From NCBI RefSeq assembly GCF_006345805.1, contig NC_043008.1:73098001-73162000 (forward strand): a DNA stretch of 64,000 bases. The letters run 5' to 3'. The position numbers and the translations under genes were made by a program. Below are positions 13,461-28,317 of the stretch, in pieces (position 1 is the first letter of the stretch; each line of letters opens with the position of its first letter). Source of the stretch: Octopus sinensis. Lineage: Eukaryota. The notes below the pieces were generated by a model. The model was not told the origin of the DNA and searched no databases. It saw only the letters and a list, made by a program, of their open reading frames with translations.

Positions 13461-14023
13461 TCTATATATAGCTACATTAGTCAGCATCTCATCAAACGAC
13501 AGAAAGCAATTATCAAATTAAATTTATTTTTCTATCAAACATTTATTATACCTCATCAATCCACAGTATCAACACAACTTTTATTTTCTCCTATTACACA
13601 CTCATCATGACTACTATACATACAGTATACTCAAAATGTATTACATGTAAATACAAGAGTACTGACATATATATAAATCTATGCATGTACATTCACACCC
13701 ACACACACACACATATGTATATATATATATATATATGATCAAATAGACTCCAAGAAGACTGGTATTGGTTGGCATCTACAAAATTTGTACTATTTAATAA
13801 CATCAATACAAAGAGTACAAGGAACTTGGTGTGAGAAGCGAAAATCCAAGGTTTTAGCCTGAGCCCTGCAGTTCATGGATAAATTGAAAGGAAAGAAATT
13901 CTAGAAACAGAAAAGCGTTTTGTGTCTGTGTGTGCACGTGCATGTGTAAAGGATCGTGGGTAAGGCCAGAACTATGCAAAGTAAAACCTAGCCAAAACAC
14001 AAGTAAACTAATATATGAATCAA

Positions 14024-14160
14024 TGCAGACTTACCTCTTGTATTCACTATTTCAGGGTTATGACCCTATCCTCAAGAAATTAACTAATGTTGGAGATGTT
14101 TGTTAATTTCTTGAAGATGGGGTCATTACTCTGAAATACTGAATGCAAGGTAAGTCTACA
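14024..14160. repeat. Fold-back inverted repeat (about 60-bp arms) containing a hammerhead relic
   Basis: Arms 14024-14084 and 14102-14160 are reverse complements. The right arm reads cttgaagatggggtcattactctgaaat. Confidence 0.8.
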
Positions 14161-14288
14161 ATAATTCATATATTTGTTTTCTTGTGATCTGCCTTACTTT
14201 TACTTCATTGTTCTGGCCTTACCCACGATCCTTTATACAGTATATTCTACACAATGCTTCATAGTAACTATTCCTTCCTCCCTATCTA

Positions 14289-14374
<86 letters not shown>

Positions 14375-14376
<2 letters not shown>

Positions 14377-14775
14377 ATGTGGGCATGGCTGTGTGGTAAG
14401 AAGCTTGCTTCCCAACCACATGGTTCTGGGTTCAGTCCCACGATGTAACATTATGTGTCTTATGCTATAGCTACAAACTAACAAAACCTTGAGTGGATTT
14501 GGTAGATGGAAACTGAAAGAAGCCTGTCGTATGTATGTATATATATGTGTATATCTATGCATATGGCTTTGTGTTTGTCCCCTTATCACTGTTTGATAAC
14601 CGGTGTCAGTGTGTTTATTTTGCAGTAACTTAGTGGCTCAGCAAAAGAAGTTAATAGAATAAGTACTGAACTTAAAAAATAAGACTTGGTGTCAATTGGT
14701 TTAACTGCAACCCTTCAAGGTGGTACTCCTGCATAGGTGTAGTCAAATGATTGAAACAAGTAAAAATATAAAAGA
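14375..14775 (+). mobile_element. tRNA-headed SINE, same family as 11178
   Basis: Same head, core and tail blocks; inserted after (CT)n(TA)n. Confidence 0.85.
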
Positions 14776-15177
14776 ACATATATGTATGTATAAACTAGGT
14801 GGGTACATGTATGTATATGTATGTGAGAGTCTATGTATGCATATGGGTATGTATATACAGGTGTAGGGGTGTATGATCACCCCATCGATAATATAAATGT
14901 GGAGTGAGTCAGACTGTCGGTGAGCTGGCCTGGTCTGGAGGTGATTGTGACCACAGGCTTATGGTGAGATTATCTTCCAGCCATAAATTATATGAACTAT
15001 GGCTGAAATTGACCATATGGGTAGGTGGGCCAATGTCCCTTGTGTGAGAGTATGTATGAGCATGTGTGTGTGAATGTATGTATATGCATTCATACCTAAG
15101 CTAGCTAGCAAAACAACCTTTTGGCTTCTAGACATTCTAGCCTGCATATATTTTTCCCTTCCTTTTTCTAGTACCAT

Positions 15178-15700
15178 TCATCATCATCATCATCATCGTT
15201 TAATGTCCGCTTTCCATGCAAGCATGGGTTGGATGATTTGACTGAGGTCTGGCGAACCAGATGGCTGTACCAGACTCCAATCTGATCAGGCAGAGTTTTT
15301 ACAGCTGGATGCCCTTCCTAACGCCAACCACTCTGAGAGTGTAGTGGGTGCTTTTACGTGCCACTGGCATGAAGGCCAGTCAGGTGGTACTGGCAATGGT
15401 TACGCTCAAATGGTGCTTTTTATGTGCCACCTGCACAGGAGCCAGTCCAGCAGCACAGGCAATGACATCGCTCGAATGTTTTTCATATGCCACCAGCACA
15501 AATGCCATCGGCATGGAGGCCAGCTTGTTGCTCTGGCAACGATCTTGCTCGTATGGTATTCATAGCGCTCCACTAGCACGGATGCAAGCCATTGAATTTT
15601 ATTTCAATTTCGATTTCCCATGCCTCAACAGGTCTTCGCAAGCAGAGTTTAGTGTCCAATGAAGGAAAGGTATGCATAAGCGGACTGGTTACCCCACTGT
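15178..15700 (-). mobile_element. RTE LINE 3' UTR/tail
   Basis: (CAT)n-cgtttaatgtccgctttccatgc...gctggatgcccttcctaacgccaaccact is the reverse of the RTE tail at 53660-53830. Confidence 0.85.
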
Positions 15701-16139
15701 CCTTTGTCTTAAGCCCATTATAACACTATCCATCCCTGTCCATCCATTCCCTTCTCTTAAGTTTTTTAAACTTATATCAACAGTTGTCTATATTTACAAA
15801 TGTTTGCAAAGCTTTAAATGGAGTCCCACCCTTAATGGACAATGGCAGGATGGGTCAAAATGACCATAGTACAAAGTAACAATTAATACCAAATCCATGT
15901 TCTGGTTACTTAAGAAGTTATTATTATTATCTCAAATAACACTGCAGAGTTCCTGAAGTAGATCCGACGGAAATATTCCCCAACTTCAGATGACACCAGG
16001 TAGTCCATAATTTGCCAGTGATCTACTAAACGCTTCAGTACACTAATTGACATATACCCATTAGTCCAAAATATTATATATATATATGTATACATATATG
16101 TGTGTGTGTATGTGTATGTGTGTACAAGTCACCGTGTGT

Positions 16140-16345
16140 ATGTCTGTGCCTCTATTACCAATTGACAACTGGTGCTGCTGTATTTATGTCCCTGTAAATT
16201 AGTGGTTTGGCAAAGGAGACCAATGAAATAAGTACTAGGCATAAGATGTAAGTCCTTGGTTCGACTTGTTCAACTTAAAGTCTTTCAAGGTGGTGCTCCA
16301 GCATGGCCGCATTCAGATGACTGAAACAAGTAAAAGAATAAAAGA
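16140..16345 (+). mobile_element. 3' half of tRNA-headed SINE
   Basis: aataagtactaggc...ggtgctccagcatggccgc...gactgaaacaagtaaaaga. Confidence 0.75.
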
Positions 16346-16391
16346 ATATTAGTATGCATGCATATTCGTTGTATATGTGTGTAAATATGTA

Positions 16392-16432
<41 letters not shown>

Positions 16433-16934
16433 ACCTAAAAGCTGCAATGGTCATGTGATGGGGGAATACCGTTATAGATGCTTTGTGTTAATAAACATAA
16501 TATAGTGGAGAGCAAGCAAGATAAAATCTCTCTCAAAGTAACTATGAGAGTGACCGATGCACTTTTTACTATTTTTGCAGCTTACTGTGCCTTCTTCTGA
16601 ATTATATCGTTTTTTCTTTTTTTTTTAACATAGTATGTCTATGAGAGGACTTCTTCCACCTAACCATCACAGTTTCTGACATTCTAATGATATATATATA
16701 TGTTGAGTATGTCATCTTGATAAAGATTTTAAACTGCTACTGATTCGATTTCATAATTTGAATTTTATTCTGCTTAGCAGTATTGTTGCAAAGCTAGTGA
16801 GATCTTTATTGACTATCTCTACATATTTAACCTTGTTGATACGACTTGATTTGAGAGCTGACCTGAATATATTTCATTGATGTACATACTATATACATAT
16901 ATATACAAGTATGCTTATATACATATATACATAT

Positions 16935-17160
16935 CATCATCATTTAAATGTCCGCTTTCCATGCTGGCAAGGGTTGGACGGTTTGACTGAAGACTGGCAA
17001 GCCAGTAGGCTGAACCAGGCTATACTCTGATTGGGCAAGGTTTCTACAGCTAGATGCCCTTCCAAATGCCAAAATCTCTGAGAGTGTAGTGAGTGCTTTT
17101 TACGTGCTATCAGTATGGGAGCAAGTCAGGTGGCACTTGCATCAACCACGCTTGAATGGT
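16935..17160 (-). mobile_element. RTE LINE 3' tail fragment
   Basis: catcatcatttaaatgtccgctttccatgc...gatgcccttcc. Confidence 0.8.
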
Positions 17161-17182
17161 GCTTTATACATACATATACACA

Positions 17183-17234
<52 letters not shown>

Positions 17235-17239
17235 GAGAA

Positions 17240-18110
17240 GACAAAAAATGGAACAAGAGCGTAACAGGCAACAATAAAACTTCTGGACAGTTAGATGTTA
17301 CAAAAAAAAGGACAGGTCATTCAGAGCTTCCTATCCTCAGTCGAGTACCAGATTATGCTAGCAGTTTTGGACAATTACACTCGAGACTGCTCCAATCTGG
17401 CTAGCTGCAAGAAAATCTAAGCTAAGAGCACTAGATTCCTTGGAAGAAAGCAAGTGAATATATACAAAAACAAGGACGAAAAAACAGAGAAATAGTACAC
17501 AATTACAAATAACATGACATTAACAACAGTGTCTTTCAACTAAGGACAAATTAAATTAAGCTGGCGTGTGTGGAAGAGAAACCTTACAGCAGGGACATAA
17601 GAGATGAAAGTCATGGGAAGGAATGTAAGAGATGCTACACAGCCGGTAGTCGAACCAAGAAAGAAAGGTCAGGTTTGGCAGAACTCCGGTCACATGGAAA
17701 GAGAGGAGAGAGGTAGAGGCAGAGAGATTGAAGAATTAGGGAAGGACGAGAAAGAGAGAAAAAGAAAGAAAAGGGACAGGGTGAAGTAAAAGAGGAGGGA
17801 AAGTGAGAATGAAGGGAAGGCCAAGATATGTGAGAGAGGGGAAGCGAGAAAAAGAAAAGTGGAAAGAAGGAAGAAAGTGTGAAGCGGGCTAATAGAAAGA
17901 GTAAAAGAGTCATACTGAATTTAGATATGTATATACAGGAGACCAAAAATGTACAAATGCTGCTATATGTAAATAACAAAACAAAAAATCGAACAAGAAC
18001 ATAACAGGCAACAACAAAACATATGGACAGTTAGCGGATACAAAACAAGGACAAATCATTCAGAGCTTCCTATCCTTAGTTGAGTACCAGATTATCTTAG
18101 CAGTTATAAA
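17240..18110 (-). mobile_element. Probable PLE-derived element with partial tandem (pseudo-LTR) duplication
   Basis: An approximately 110-bp direct repeat (about 17255-17365 and 17995-18105: aggcaaca...ggacagttag...cattcagagcttcctatcct.agt.gagtaccagattat) flanks a purine-rich interior and is bounded by TA/CA repeats. Confidence 0.5.
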
Positions 18111-18209
18111 AACAAAGATATACATACACATATGCATACATATATATACATAGAAATACATAGATATAAATACATAGTTATAGATGCATATGAATACATA
18201 TATCTTACC

Positions 18210-18625
18210 TTTTATCTTTTACTTATTTCAGTCATTAGACTGCAGCCAAGCCAGAGCACCACCTTGAACAATCTTCAGTAGAATGAATCAACCCTGATGC
18301 TTATTTTTTATTTCTCGCTTTTTTAAGCTGGGTACTTCTTTGATTGGTCTCTTTTGCTGAAACACTAAGTTATAGGGATGTAAACACACCAACACCAGTT
18401 GTCGTCCAATTGGTGGGAGAGAACACAGACACAAGGATGTGCATGCATACACACACCACACACGCGTATTCACACACACGAGTATACAATGGCTTTCTTT
18501 CAGTTGCTGTCTATCCAATCCACTCAAAGCTTTGATTAGCTTGAGGTTATAGTTGAAGACACTTGCCCAAGGTGCCACACAGCGGGACTGAGCCTGGAAC
18601 CATATGGCTAAGATGCAAGCTTCAT
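18210..18625 (-). mobile_element. tRNA-headed SINE, same family as 11178
   Basis: Reverse-complement head and tail blocks (cttttacttatttcagtc...; gaagacacttgcccaaggtgccac). Confidence 0.8.
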
Positions 18626-18969
18626 GTACATGCCTTCATATACATGCACATATATTATGTATGCATATATATGTATTTATGAATAGGTATGACTTCATGC
18701 ATATATTTCTGTGTGCGTATAAATATGGTATTTTTATATGTATGTGTGTGTGTGTGTGTGTAAATACTTATACATACACACACTCAAGCACATATATTTA
18801 TATAAATACACATACTCAAGCACATATATTTACATAAATACACACATGCACACATATACACACAAACAATTATAATGTACATTTGCTGTTCCCTATATTT
18901 ATCACATACTCTCATTACAAATCTATAATTTGTTGTTTTTGTTGTATTATGTATGTCATTGTTTTACAG

Positions 18970-19079
18970 CATCAGCAGAGAGTAAGGAAGATTCTGTGAC
19001 ACATTACATTTCAATTGATAACATTCCATCTTCAAGGAATCTTACCATTTACCGATTTAACAGAAAAGCTGTTCCTTTG
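18970..19079 (+). CDS. Candidate internal exon of an unidentified host gene
   Basis: Acceptor gtcattgttttacag and donor TG|gtaaat around a 110-nt non-repetitive open frame, xSAESKEDSVTHYISIDNIPSSRNLTIYRFNRKAVPL. No partner exon identified. Confidence 0.3.
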
Positions 19080-19489
19080 GTAAATGGAAGAATATGTGTT
19101 GGAATTTATTTAAAATATCATCTTTTATTCCTATATTCAACTTCCGTTTTCTTTTCTTTGATGTTAGATTCTAAGAATAAAGCTTTGGATGGGGTATGGG
19201 AGCCTGCTTTTCTATGGTTCATAGATATTAATATATTTGTGTGTGTGTGTTTTTATAAGTGTGTATGTATTGTTCAAAACATATGATAAAGAAATAATGT
19301 CAATATTGAAGATTAATAATAATAATAATAATGAGAAGAGGCAGAAGAAGGAGGAGAAAGAGAAAAAGAAGAACAACAAGGAGAAGAAGAAGAAAATGGA
19401 AACAATGAAAAAATTTAGAGATATTAAATTTTTATGTAAATATTTTTTTAAAAGATATAAAGGATAATATTTATGCAAAATAGAACATG

Positions 19490-19850
<361 letters not shown>

Positions 19851-20217
19851 TACCTACGCGGTGAGCTGCATGCTCACACACACAAATACATATCACATAT
19901 AATTCATGTTTAAAAACTATGATTATTTGCTGCAGTTTTAAAATATCCCTCATTGTTTTCTTCTGTTTGCGATGTTTAAATATTTCTTGAAAGCAGAAAA
20001 AGAGGGCTGGCCTTCCTTTTTTCATTTGCTTTTAATCTTATATTTGTTTTCATATTTTTATTATTATTCCCTTTACTATTCTTTTGTTTTCCATCATGAT
20101 ATTAGTATTGTTCTTGCTGTTGATAACCTGGTTGTTTATTGTTGCTGTTAAAATTGTTATTGGTGATGGTTTCTCTGGTTTTGGTATTGTTGGCATTACT
20201 GTTCATTTTGCTGTTGT

Positions 20218-20255
<38 letters not shown>

Positions 20256-21128
20256 TTTGTGGGTTGTGTTGTTGATTTTGTTGTAATTGTTAGTTAGTTA
20301 GTTAGTTAGTTAATTTGGCTCAAAAGCAAATAGCAAGGCCATGTAGGGGGACATGGAGTTAAGTACAGGGTGGTGTTCATGTAAAGAGTTCAGGCCACTT
20401 GAGGTCAAGGGAGGCTTTGAACAAAGCGGTCGTCGGCATCTTCACCATCTTTGTTGTTGACTATTGTTTTAGTAGTGGTTGTAGGGGTGTTGTTGTTAGT
20501 GGTGGTGGTGGTGGTGGTGGTGGAGGGTGTGTCAGTGTTGTTGATTATGCAATAATTGCTTCTGTAGTTGTTATAGTTTTAGTGGTTGTTGATATTGTTG
20601 ATGTTGCTGCTGTTGTTGATGTTACTATTTCACTGTTCTGAAGACCAATGGAGACATATTTTCAGCTAATTATGAAGTCCGTTTCAGTTTACACTACTGC
20701 TAACATATATATATATATATATATATGTCACATCATCTCACATAAACTCATACACACACACACACACACTTATATATACACATATGCATACACCTTTCCA
20801 CATGTACATCTACACACAGAGAAACAGAGAGAAAGATGCTAACAAACATGCACACACACACACACCACACACACACACAAGTAATCAGTCACACCAAAAT
20901 CAATGAAATATGCACAACAAAACCCATCCATAAAACTAGGCTTCATGTATGTCCCATATTATTGCAACTTATCTAGCTTATAGAGCGTATATGTGTAGGT
21001 ATATTTATGCATGTATGTATATACCTATATGTATGTGTGTGTGTCTATCTTCCTATGTTTCTATAAATACGTCTTTTTGACTGCTCATCAATCTATATTT
21101 TACTGTTTATTTGCAAACAGACAAACAC

Positions 21129-21159
<31 letters not shown>

Positions 21160-21521
21160 AGCATAGCACTTATATTTTGTATATTTGGTGTCCTTCAAAT
21201 ATTGAAAAACATTATATTAACATCTTTATTGAAATTATTTCAAAGAACAATAATTTTTCTTGAAAATTCTTCCTACATATGAAGAGGAAAGAACTCAAAG
21301 ATAATTCTCGGAAACCCTTTGAAGGTAAAGAATCTTGATCATATAAACATTATTTTTGTCATCATTCTTCATACTTACTCCATGTACAGTTATTCACAAA
21401 CCTATATAGGCACTCACATACATGTATATGTGAGAGCACAGGCATCTGTAGCTGACTGTATAGATGCTGCATGTATCTGTAGCTGACTGAAGACCAAATC
21501 TATGTCCCTGGGTTTGTACTA

Positions 21522-23582
21522 TAGTAGACCCCACTTTATAAATCCATCTTAGGATCACCTAATTTGGATTTATTAAACGAGGGATTGATAAACCAAGGGA
21601 ACAAAATGTGCCGATTGATTAAACATATGTATTTATTAGAATACATACATGTGTGAATACACTAATAAAAACATTAGAAACGATGTCGCTGAATGAAAAA
21701 TTTGTCAAGTGTTGTTTGCTTTGCTGGATGCTTTGTTTGCAACTCTGCATTGATTTTTTTTTCCTTAATAGTTATAAAAGGATTCATATCATTGAAATCA
21801 AAACTTTCAAGACCATTTCCTAATCGAGTGAGAGAGTGTCTCATTTCAGCTGATGTTGAAGGCTTCAGAATTCTTTCATCAACATCAACGTCAGAGCTGC
21901 CATCTTCATCTCCTTTCATTTCCTTCTCAGATTGCTGAATGTCACAAATGATCTCGTCCAATTTTTCTTCTTCAGTGATGATCTCTGGAGCAATAACAGC
22001 ACCATCATCTATGGACAACCAGTTCTTGAATTGCTTTTTGGTCAATTCAGTTGGCAGTGAAGGCAGGATCAAATCTCTGTTGACATCTATGGTTTCATTT
22101 GATTCTTTGGCCGAAACAAAACTAGCTTTGGTCCAACAATATTTGATTGTCTGGCTAGAGCCCTTCTTTCATGTTACGCTCAACATGTATATGGCATCCA
22201 AAATGGTGATCCACTTTGCAACTTCATGGGCAAAAATGTCACTTCAGTGTCTTCCATAACATCGGTGATCTCACACATTTTATGTCTGAAGTAGTCTTTC
22301 ATGGCATTGGTTATCCCCATGTCACAGGGCTGCAGCACTGACGTTGTTTTGGGAGGAAGAAATTTTAAAGTGACATTCTTGAGATCATCGATAACTACAA
22401 GAGAAAAGCAATTATTAAGAAAGACCACCACTTGCTTTCTAGATTCCAGCAAGCAATGATCCCAAGATCTGAGCCATCTTCCATAGGTTTTTTTCTGTCA
22501 TTGGTTGAAAAGTCGTACTGAATCAGAAGCATTTTGACATTTTTGAAACATTTTGGTGAACCAGCCTTTCCAATTAAGAGCAGATCTTTGTCTGTATTCA
22601 TGTTGCAGGCCACCATCAAATTCACATGGCCCTTTGCCATCTTTAAGTCCCCCACAGTTTTCTTGCAACTCACACTAACATATGTATTTCCTGGTAATGC
22701 ACATAAGTAGATCCCAGTTTCAATGGTGTTGTAGATGTCCTGTGCTGATACGATTTCAACAGAAGCTGCATGGTTGTCTCACAAAATTGATGGGCTCCAT
22801 CCATGTCAGCTTCAGCTGCATCACTGGCAAAATATTAAATGCTTAGTTTGTGTTCTCTAAAGAGAAAAATGTAAGCTAGTGAACTATTAGGCTTACCTTT
22901 TAGAACCATAAAAGAGATTCTGTCTTTTTTGTCAATGGTAAAACCAACCTCCAGATGCCTTAAAATTGTGTCCAGGAGCTTGAGCAATGGTGTTGGTTTT
23001 GTGCATTAGGATGAGGCCATTGATGGGGACGTTTCTTGTGTGAATAAGTTCAAACCAATCATAGAGAGTATGGTCTATCTGTTGGTCTTTACCCTCTCAA
23101 TGGCGCTTTCTCTTTGATGAACAGCTTTCCCTTTGGCATAAAGGTCATCTCATCATTTAGCAAATTCGGACCAGACCTCTTGAAATTCCCAAACTCTATG
23201 CTGCTTCCTGCTGAGTTGTTTTCCCCAAGAGCTTTGTAATGTTCTAATAATTGAATCTTTTCTGCCATGGATTTGTCCTGCTTCTCTCTTTTCATTTTGA
23301 ACATTTGGAACAACTTGTGTGTGTGTCTGTCTCTCTGCATGAATGAAGAATGACATGTTTTTTCACCTACCTGCTGGTATTTAAAAATTAAAAAAAAAAC
23401 AAAAAAACAAAAAACACTTCATTCATTTGCTGCCACTTGTTGACACTTTAGGGAGAAACAGCAACAATTAGATTTATCAGGCAATTGTTTGGCTTCATTA
23501 AAAGAGAGATTTTATGTAAATATTCCATTCCAACCCATTTTGGATACATTAAGTAGGTGGATTTATCAAGTGGGATCTACTG
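21522..23582 (-). mobile_element. Tigger/pogo DNA transposon, near full length, inactive
   Basis: Approximately 26-bp TIRs (tagtagaccccactttataaatccat / gtggatttatcaagtgggatctactg) flanked by TA. Fragmented CENP-B-type HTH and DDE_1 motifs (FLPPKTTSVLQPCDMGI, LLIGKAGSPKCFKNVK). Confidence 0.9.
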
Positions 23583-24482
23583 TATTACAAAAGTGTTGTG
23601 AGAGATATATTTGTTGTAGGCTTAGAGATTTAATTGTCATATCTCCTTTACTCTCTTGAGGTATTAATTTCTCCCCCTTTCCTCATTATCAGAGTCATCA
23701 TACCTAACACTCTAAACAATAGTTCTCATCTGAATGAATAGTTCTCATCTGTACAGCTAAGCCACTCAGTTTTTGCAGAGGAGAACAAGGCTTCATCAAC
23801 ACATTTAGACTTACCAAATTTCTTTTGAATATCTGTGGTTATTCAGTTATAAGATCCAGTTGTTTTTTGATGTGGCTAATACTTGGCCCATACAGCTACT
23901 TGTCATCTACAAAGAGATGTTTTACCATTCAAGGTATCCTTTTCTATAACCATTATATTTTTAAATTACTTATGACAATAGCCTTAATGAAGGAACAAAT
24001 AGCAGTACTGACAAGCTAATACCTTGAAGGATGCCTTTTCAATAATATATCATGTCAGATTTGTTGTATTTGTTATTCATTCTGCAAAATAAAATGCTGT
24101 ATCAAGTTTTATTGAGATGATAAATAACAGCTATTACTTGTTCTGGAAATTTGCCTAATTCAGATGCATTGATAATCCATTAATATGGTGTATTGTTATA
24201 GGATTTCTTGTAATACGTTGACACAATAATCAAGAATGTATGTAGGTATGTAATTAGAAGAAAAATGTACAAAGAGAAATAGCTCAAAGAAACCAGTGAC
24301 ATGTATCCAGGCAGCAAGGATATACTAAACACTATGCAAGTTAGATTTTGGAGCTATCAAAATCATTTTCAATTGTAGAATGTATATCTTGGCAAGCACC
24401 AGAATATCTTTCCTAAGGGTCTAAATATCATGTTACTGGACTCCTTCTTTCACACTCTATCCCAGGTTTCTCTGGTGGCAAC

Positions 24483-24515
<33 letters not shown>

Positions 24516-25097
24516 TGTGTGTGTGTATTCTGTTAGTCTATTGGTAAAATTCAGCTTGCAAATGGCACTGAGTTTATTGATGTATGTATATATCAGTGTC
24601 ATCATTGTCATTTCACTGATCCTTTTTCCTACTGCTGTTGATTAAGCAAATCATAACAGTTTGAGTCAGTTTGTTACTGGAGTTACCACCCTCCTAGATG
24701 TATCAGGGACCATTACAGCTGAATCTCTTCTTTATCAAAACCAGAATTTGTATATTATCATGAATCGAGTACTAGAAACATTGCACTCTAGTCTAAAGAG
24801 CCTTCACCTCCAGCATTGCCACTGTTCCATCAATGCTACCAGAGAAATTGCCTTATTCACTGAAAGACAAACATGAGTTCTGTTAACCCTGTGATATCTC
24901 TGTTCATTTCTTCACTATCATCCTAGTGAGGAGTAACAGAAGAAAGATTATTAGAAGACAGTGTAATAAATGAAACTGAAAGAGTGCAATAGACAGCCAC
25001 ATGATAGTTGTTTCTATCATATCAGATATGTGTGGGTATGTGTGAGTGTATGAATGTGGATATGTGTGTGTATATAAATATGTACACATACACACAC

Positions 25098-25178
<81 letters not shown>

Positions 25179-25974
25179 GTGTGTGTATGTATAATATATA
25201 CTTGTATATATATATACATGTGTGTGTACATGTATATGTATGCATAAATACAGAACACTGACAGCTTTAGAGATTACTGCTGCTTTTTGTTATAAGAAAT
25301 AAAACTTTTGCGTATAATTTAGAAATTGTATTTAAAAGTGAGAAGTGAAACAAAAGATTACAGCAAACAACTACAGCAACACTAACATCATCAACAATGA
25401 CAACAACATCATCAGCACACAAGAAACGTGAATATCAGAGGAAAGGACGAGATAAGAATGTATCTGGAGAGAAAAAAAGCTGAGTAAATATTTGTGATAT
25501 AATATATAATATTGTTTGTAAAATATTCAAGTGAAACTGAATCTCTTATTCTACAATATGGATATATGACAAGACGATAACATGGCGGGTGTATAATTTT
25601 GTTGTCATCTTAATAAAATTTAGTATATATAAAAATATACTGATAGCCATGTGTTTTGTGTGTGGGTATGTATGTAGGTGTGTGTGTGTATGTGTCTGTG
25701 TGTGATTTGTATTTTTATCAGAAATGAGACAGTTGACAAGCTACAGATGTTTGTATAAGTAAGAAGAGAAAATCTTGCAGTCATCAATGGCTTATAAGTA
25801 TTAGAAGTAGTTGTAAGACTGCAATTTCAGAGGAAGGCTGTTCAAATCTTGATTGGGCCCAAATGGCTGAATAGATGTTAATGAATCAACTGCTGGGGTT
25901 AGAAAGACCATTGCTTATTATACTTACCAATTTGAGACAGTACGGTTTCAATATATGGTGACATACATGTGGAG

Positions 25975-26280
25975 ATGTGTAGTCCCTATTGGCCTCGGTC
26001 TGTCATGCACCTTAAGACTCAGAAGAAGGCCAGAGTTTAATTTGATTTCTATGGGTATAAGTGAATGTGATTACAATACTTCCCTCTGAATGGGATGCTG
26101 GTCCATTTCGGGATTAAATGCTCACCTATTGCTTGAATTCATTTACAGCTGAGTGGAATGGAGCATCATAAAATGAAGTGTTTTGCTCAAGAGCACAACA
26201 AACCACCCGATCTGGGAATCAAAACAATAATCTTATGATAGTGAGTGCAACACCCTAGCCACTAGGCCACACACCTCCAC
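25975..26280 (-). mobile_element. tRNA-headed SINE of a different family
   Basis: Minus strand ggaggtgtgtggcctagtggctagggtgttgcac (A box) ... ttgagcaaaacacttc ... ccactcagctgtaaatg. Confidence 0.65.
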
Positions 26281-27439
26281 AATTGCTGTGTTGAAAAAAA
26301 AAAAAAAAAAAGAAAAGCAAACACAGGGTTATCTTTCAAAGGTAAAACTTGTACTGGGACCCAGAAAGTAAAGGAAACTAAGAAACCTGTGGTGAGGGTC
26401 ACCATGTGGAGACTGATAGAAGGGGAACTGAAGATGATACAGATGACAAAACCAACTGGAAATGAAACGACAAGAAAATCATTGTTGATAGTTTATGAAG
26501 ATGATAAGGGGCAAAGTAATAGATAGGTCATAAGCTTGCTTGTTACTCATTTCTGTTTCTATTTAGGGTTAGTAATGTCTGACAATAAATAAACATGTAT
26601 TGATATTATGTCATAGGTCAAAAGGAAGTAGATAGTTTAATAGGAGTCCTAGGAAAGATGACATTAAAAACAGAGTTGATTTAGCGTAAATGTATGTATT
26701 AGTAAGGAAAAGACAATAGTATCCAAGCTTTCTGAATGACCACTTCCATATTGGTAACATTAATACAATTGAGGTTTAGTATTAAACATCTCTAATTTGA
26801 CATCTGATTGTCAACTGAAAATTGTGAATTCCAGGTGTTAAGGCTCTGAGGTGTGGATATAATGGAGGATGTGATTAACACAAAGCCTAGAAGATGGAAA
26901 AATATATTTTCTCAAATCTAGTATACTGTAGAAAATAGTTTAATATGAAGAAAAGTGGTAGATACAATAATAACGATATTTATACTTGGCATCAAGAAAA
27001 TTGATGTTGGAGAGTATAGGTGCTTATACTGATATGATTTTAAGCAGACAGTTGCCTAGGATATAAATGGCTACTAATCACTTAATGGTACCGCATTATG
27101 TCTTTGGATTGGACTATCATTTTAACTCCATAATAGTCTAGTTCACATAGCTGTTAATAGATACCATCTTTTAGAAATAACTGAATCACTGCTGTGAGTA
27201 ACACTTCTTAAAACAAAACTGAATTCATCCTAACCAGTGTGGTTTTAAATGTGATAGAGAGAAACTCAGAATTTAAATCAGCCACTTATGCAGCCAAACT
27301 TTGAAGTCACTGTCAATTAAACTGCAATAAATATTAGTTAGACCCTTCACTTGTATTAATTCCTTTATGCAATGATCAGTTGTTTTTTTATATACAAAAC
27401 AATTTTGTGTGTATGCTCACACACATATATATAATATCA

Positions 27440-28200
27440 CTGTGTGATATAAGGAAGCTATGGGTAGATGAGTGGCTTGTGAAAGATGTGCATGCCATGT
27501 TCAGAGGCTCTGTTAGTAAGGCGAGAATTAACCATGAATACAGTGATAAATTTGGTGTACATGTAGGTATCCATCAGGGCCCGGCTCTCAGTCCCCACCT
27601 TTTTATCATTGTTCTCCAGGCCATAACAGGAATTCAAGACCAAATACCTCTGGGAACTGCTATATGCTGATGATCTTGCTCTCATAACTGATTCTGTGAT
27701 AGAACTAGAAAAAAATTCCTGATGTAGAAGCAAAGCCTGGATATGAAGGACTTTAAGGTTAACTTAGCAAAGTCTAAGTTTTAGTAAGTAAGAAAATAGA
27801 CAGGACTTTACCCATTTGAAGTAAATGGCCCAGTTCAATTAGTAGGTAAGGAATATGTAGGAACTTCATACAGTGTACCATCCACTACAGCAGAATTGTT
27901 AATGCTTCTCTTCCAACTGAAGATCCCTTGCAAGAGCCATCATGCCAGTCCTCATAAAAAGCACCCATGACAGTCTACCTAAAAATGACCCATGCTAGTG
28001 TATGTTTAACCTACTCATGCTGATGCCACGTAAAAAGCACTGAGTACACTCTGTAAAGTGGCTGGTGTTAGGAAAGGCATCTAGCCATAGAAACCAAGCC
28101 AAAACAGGCTGGAACCAGGTATAGCTCTCCAGCTTGCTAGCTCTGGTCAAACTGTCTAACCCATGCTAGCATGGAAAACAGGCAGTCAATGATCATGAGG
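27440..28200 (+). mobile_element. RTE LINE fragment (RT core plus tail, internally deleted)
   Basis: FGVHVGIHQGPALSPHLFIIVLQAI and tatgctgatgat (YADD), followed by the RTE 3' UTR. Confidence 0.85.
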
Positions 28201-28201
28201 A

Positions 28202-28242
<41 letters not shown>

Positions 28243-28317
28243 ATGTGTGAGCATGTGTAAGCATACATATATACATATATATATAGATATATGCATGCAT
28301 GCATACATACATATATA

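Noticed and set aside
23718-23752. 15-bp direct duplication aatagttctcatctg
   Set aside because: Simple local slippage with no associated element.
23815-24082. Exon candidates on either strand (minus-strand GTAAGT donor at 23814; plus-strand 23847-23933)
   Set aside because: Minus-strand candidate has stops in all frames; plus-strand acceptor is weak and out of phase with the 18970 candidate.
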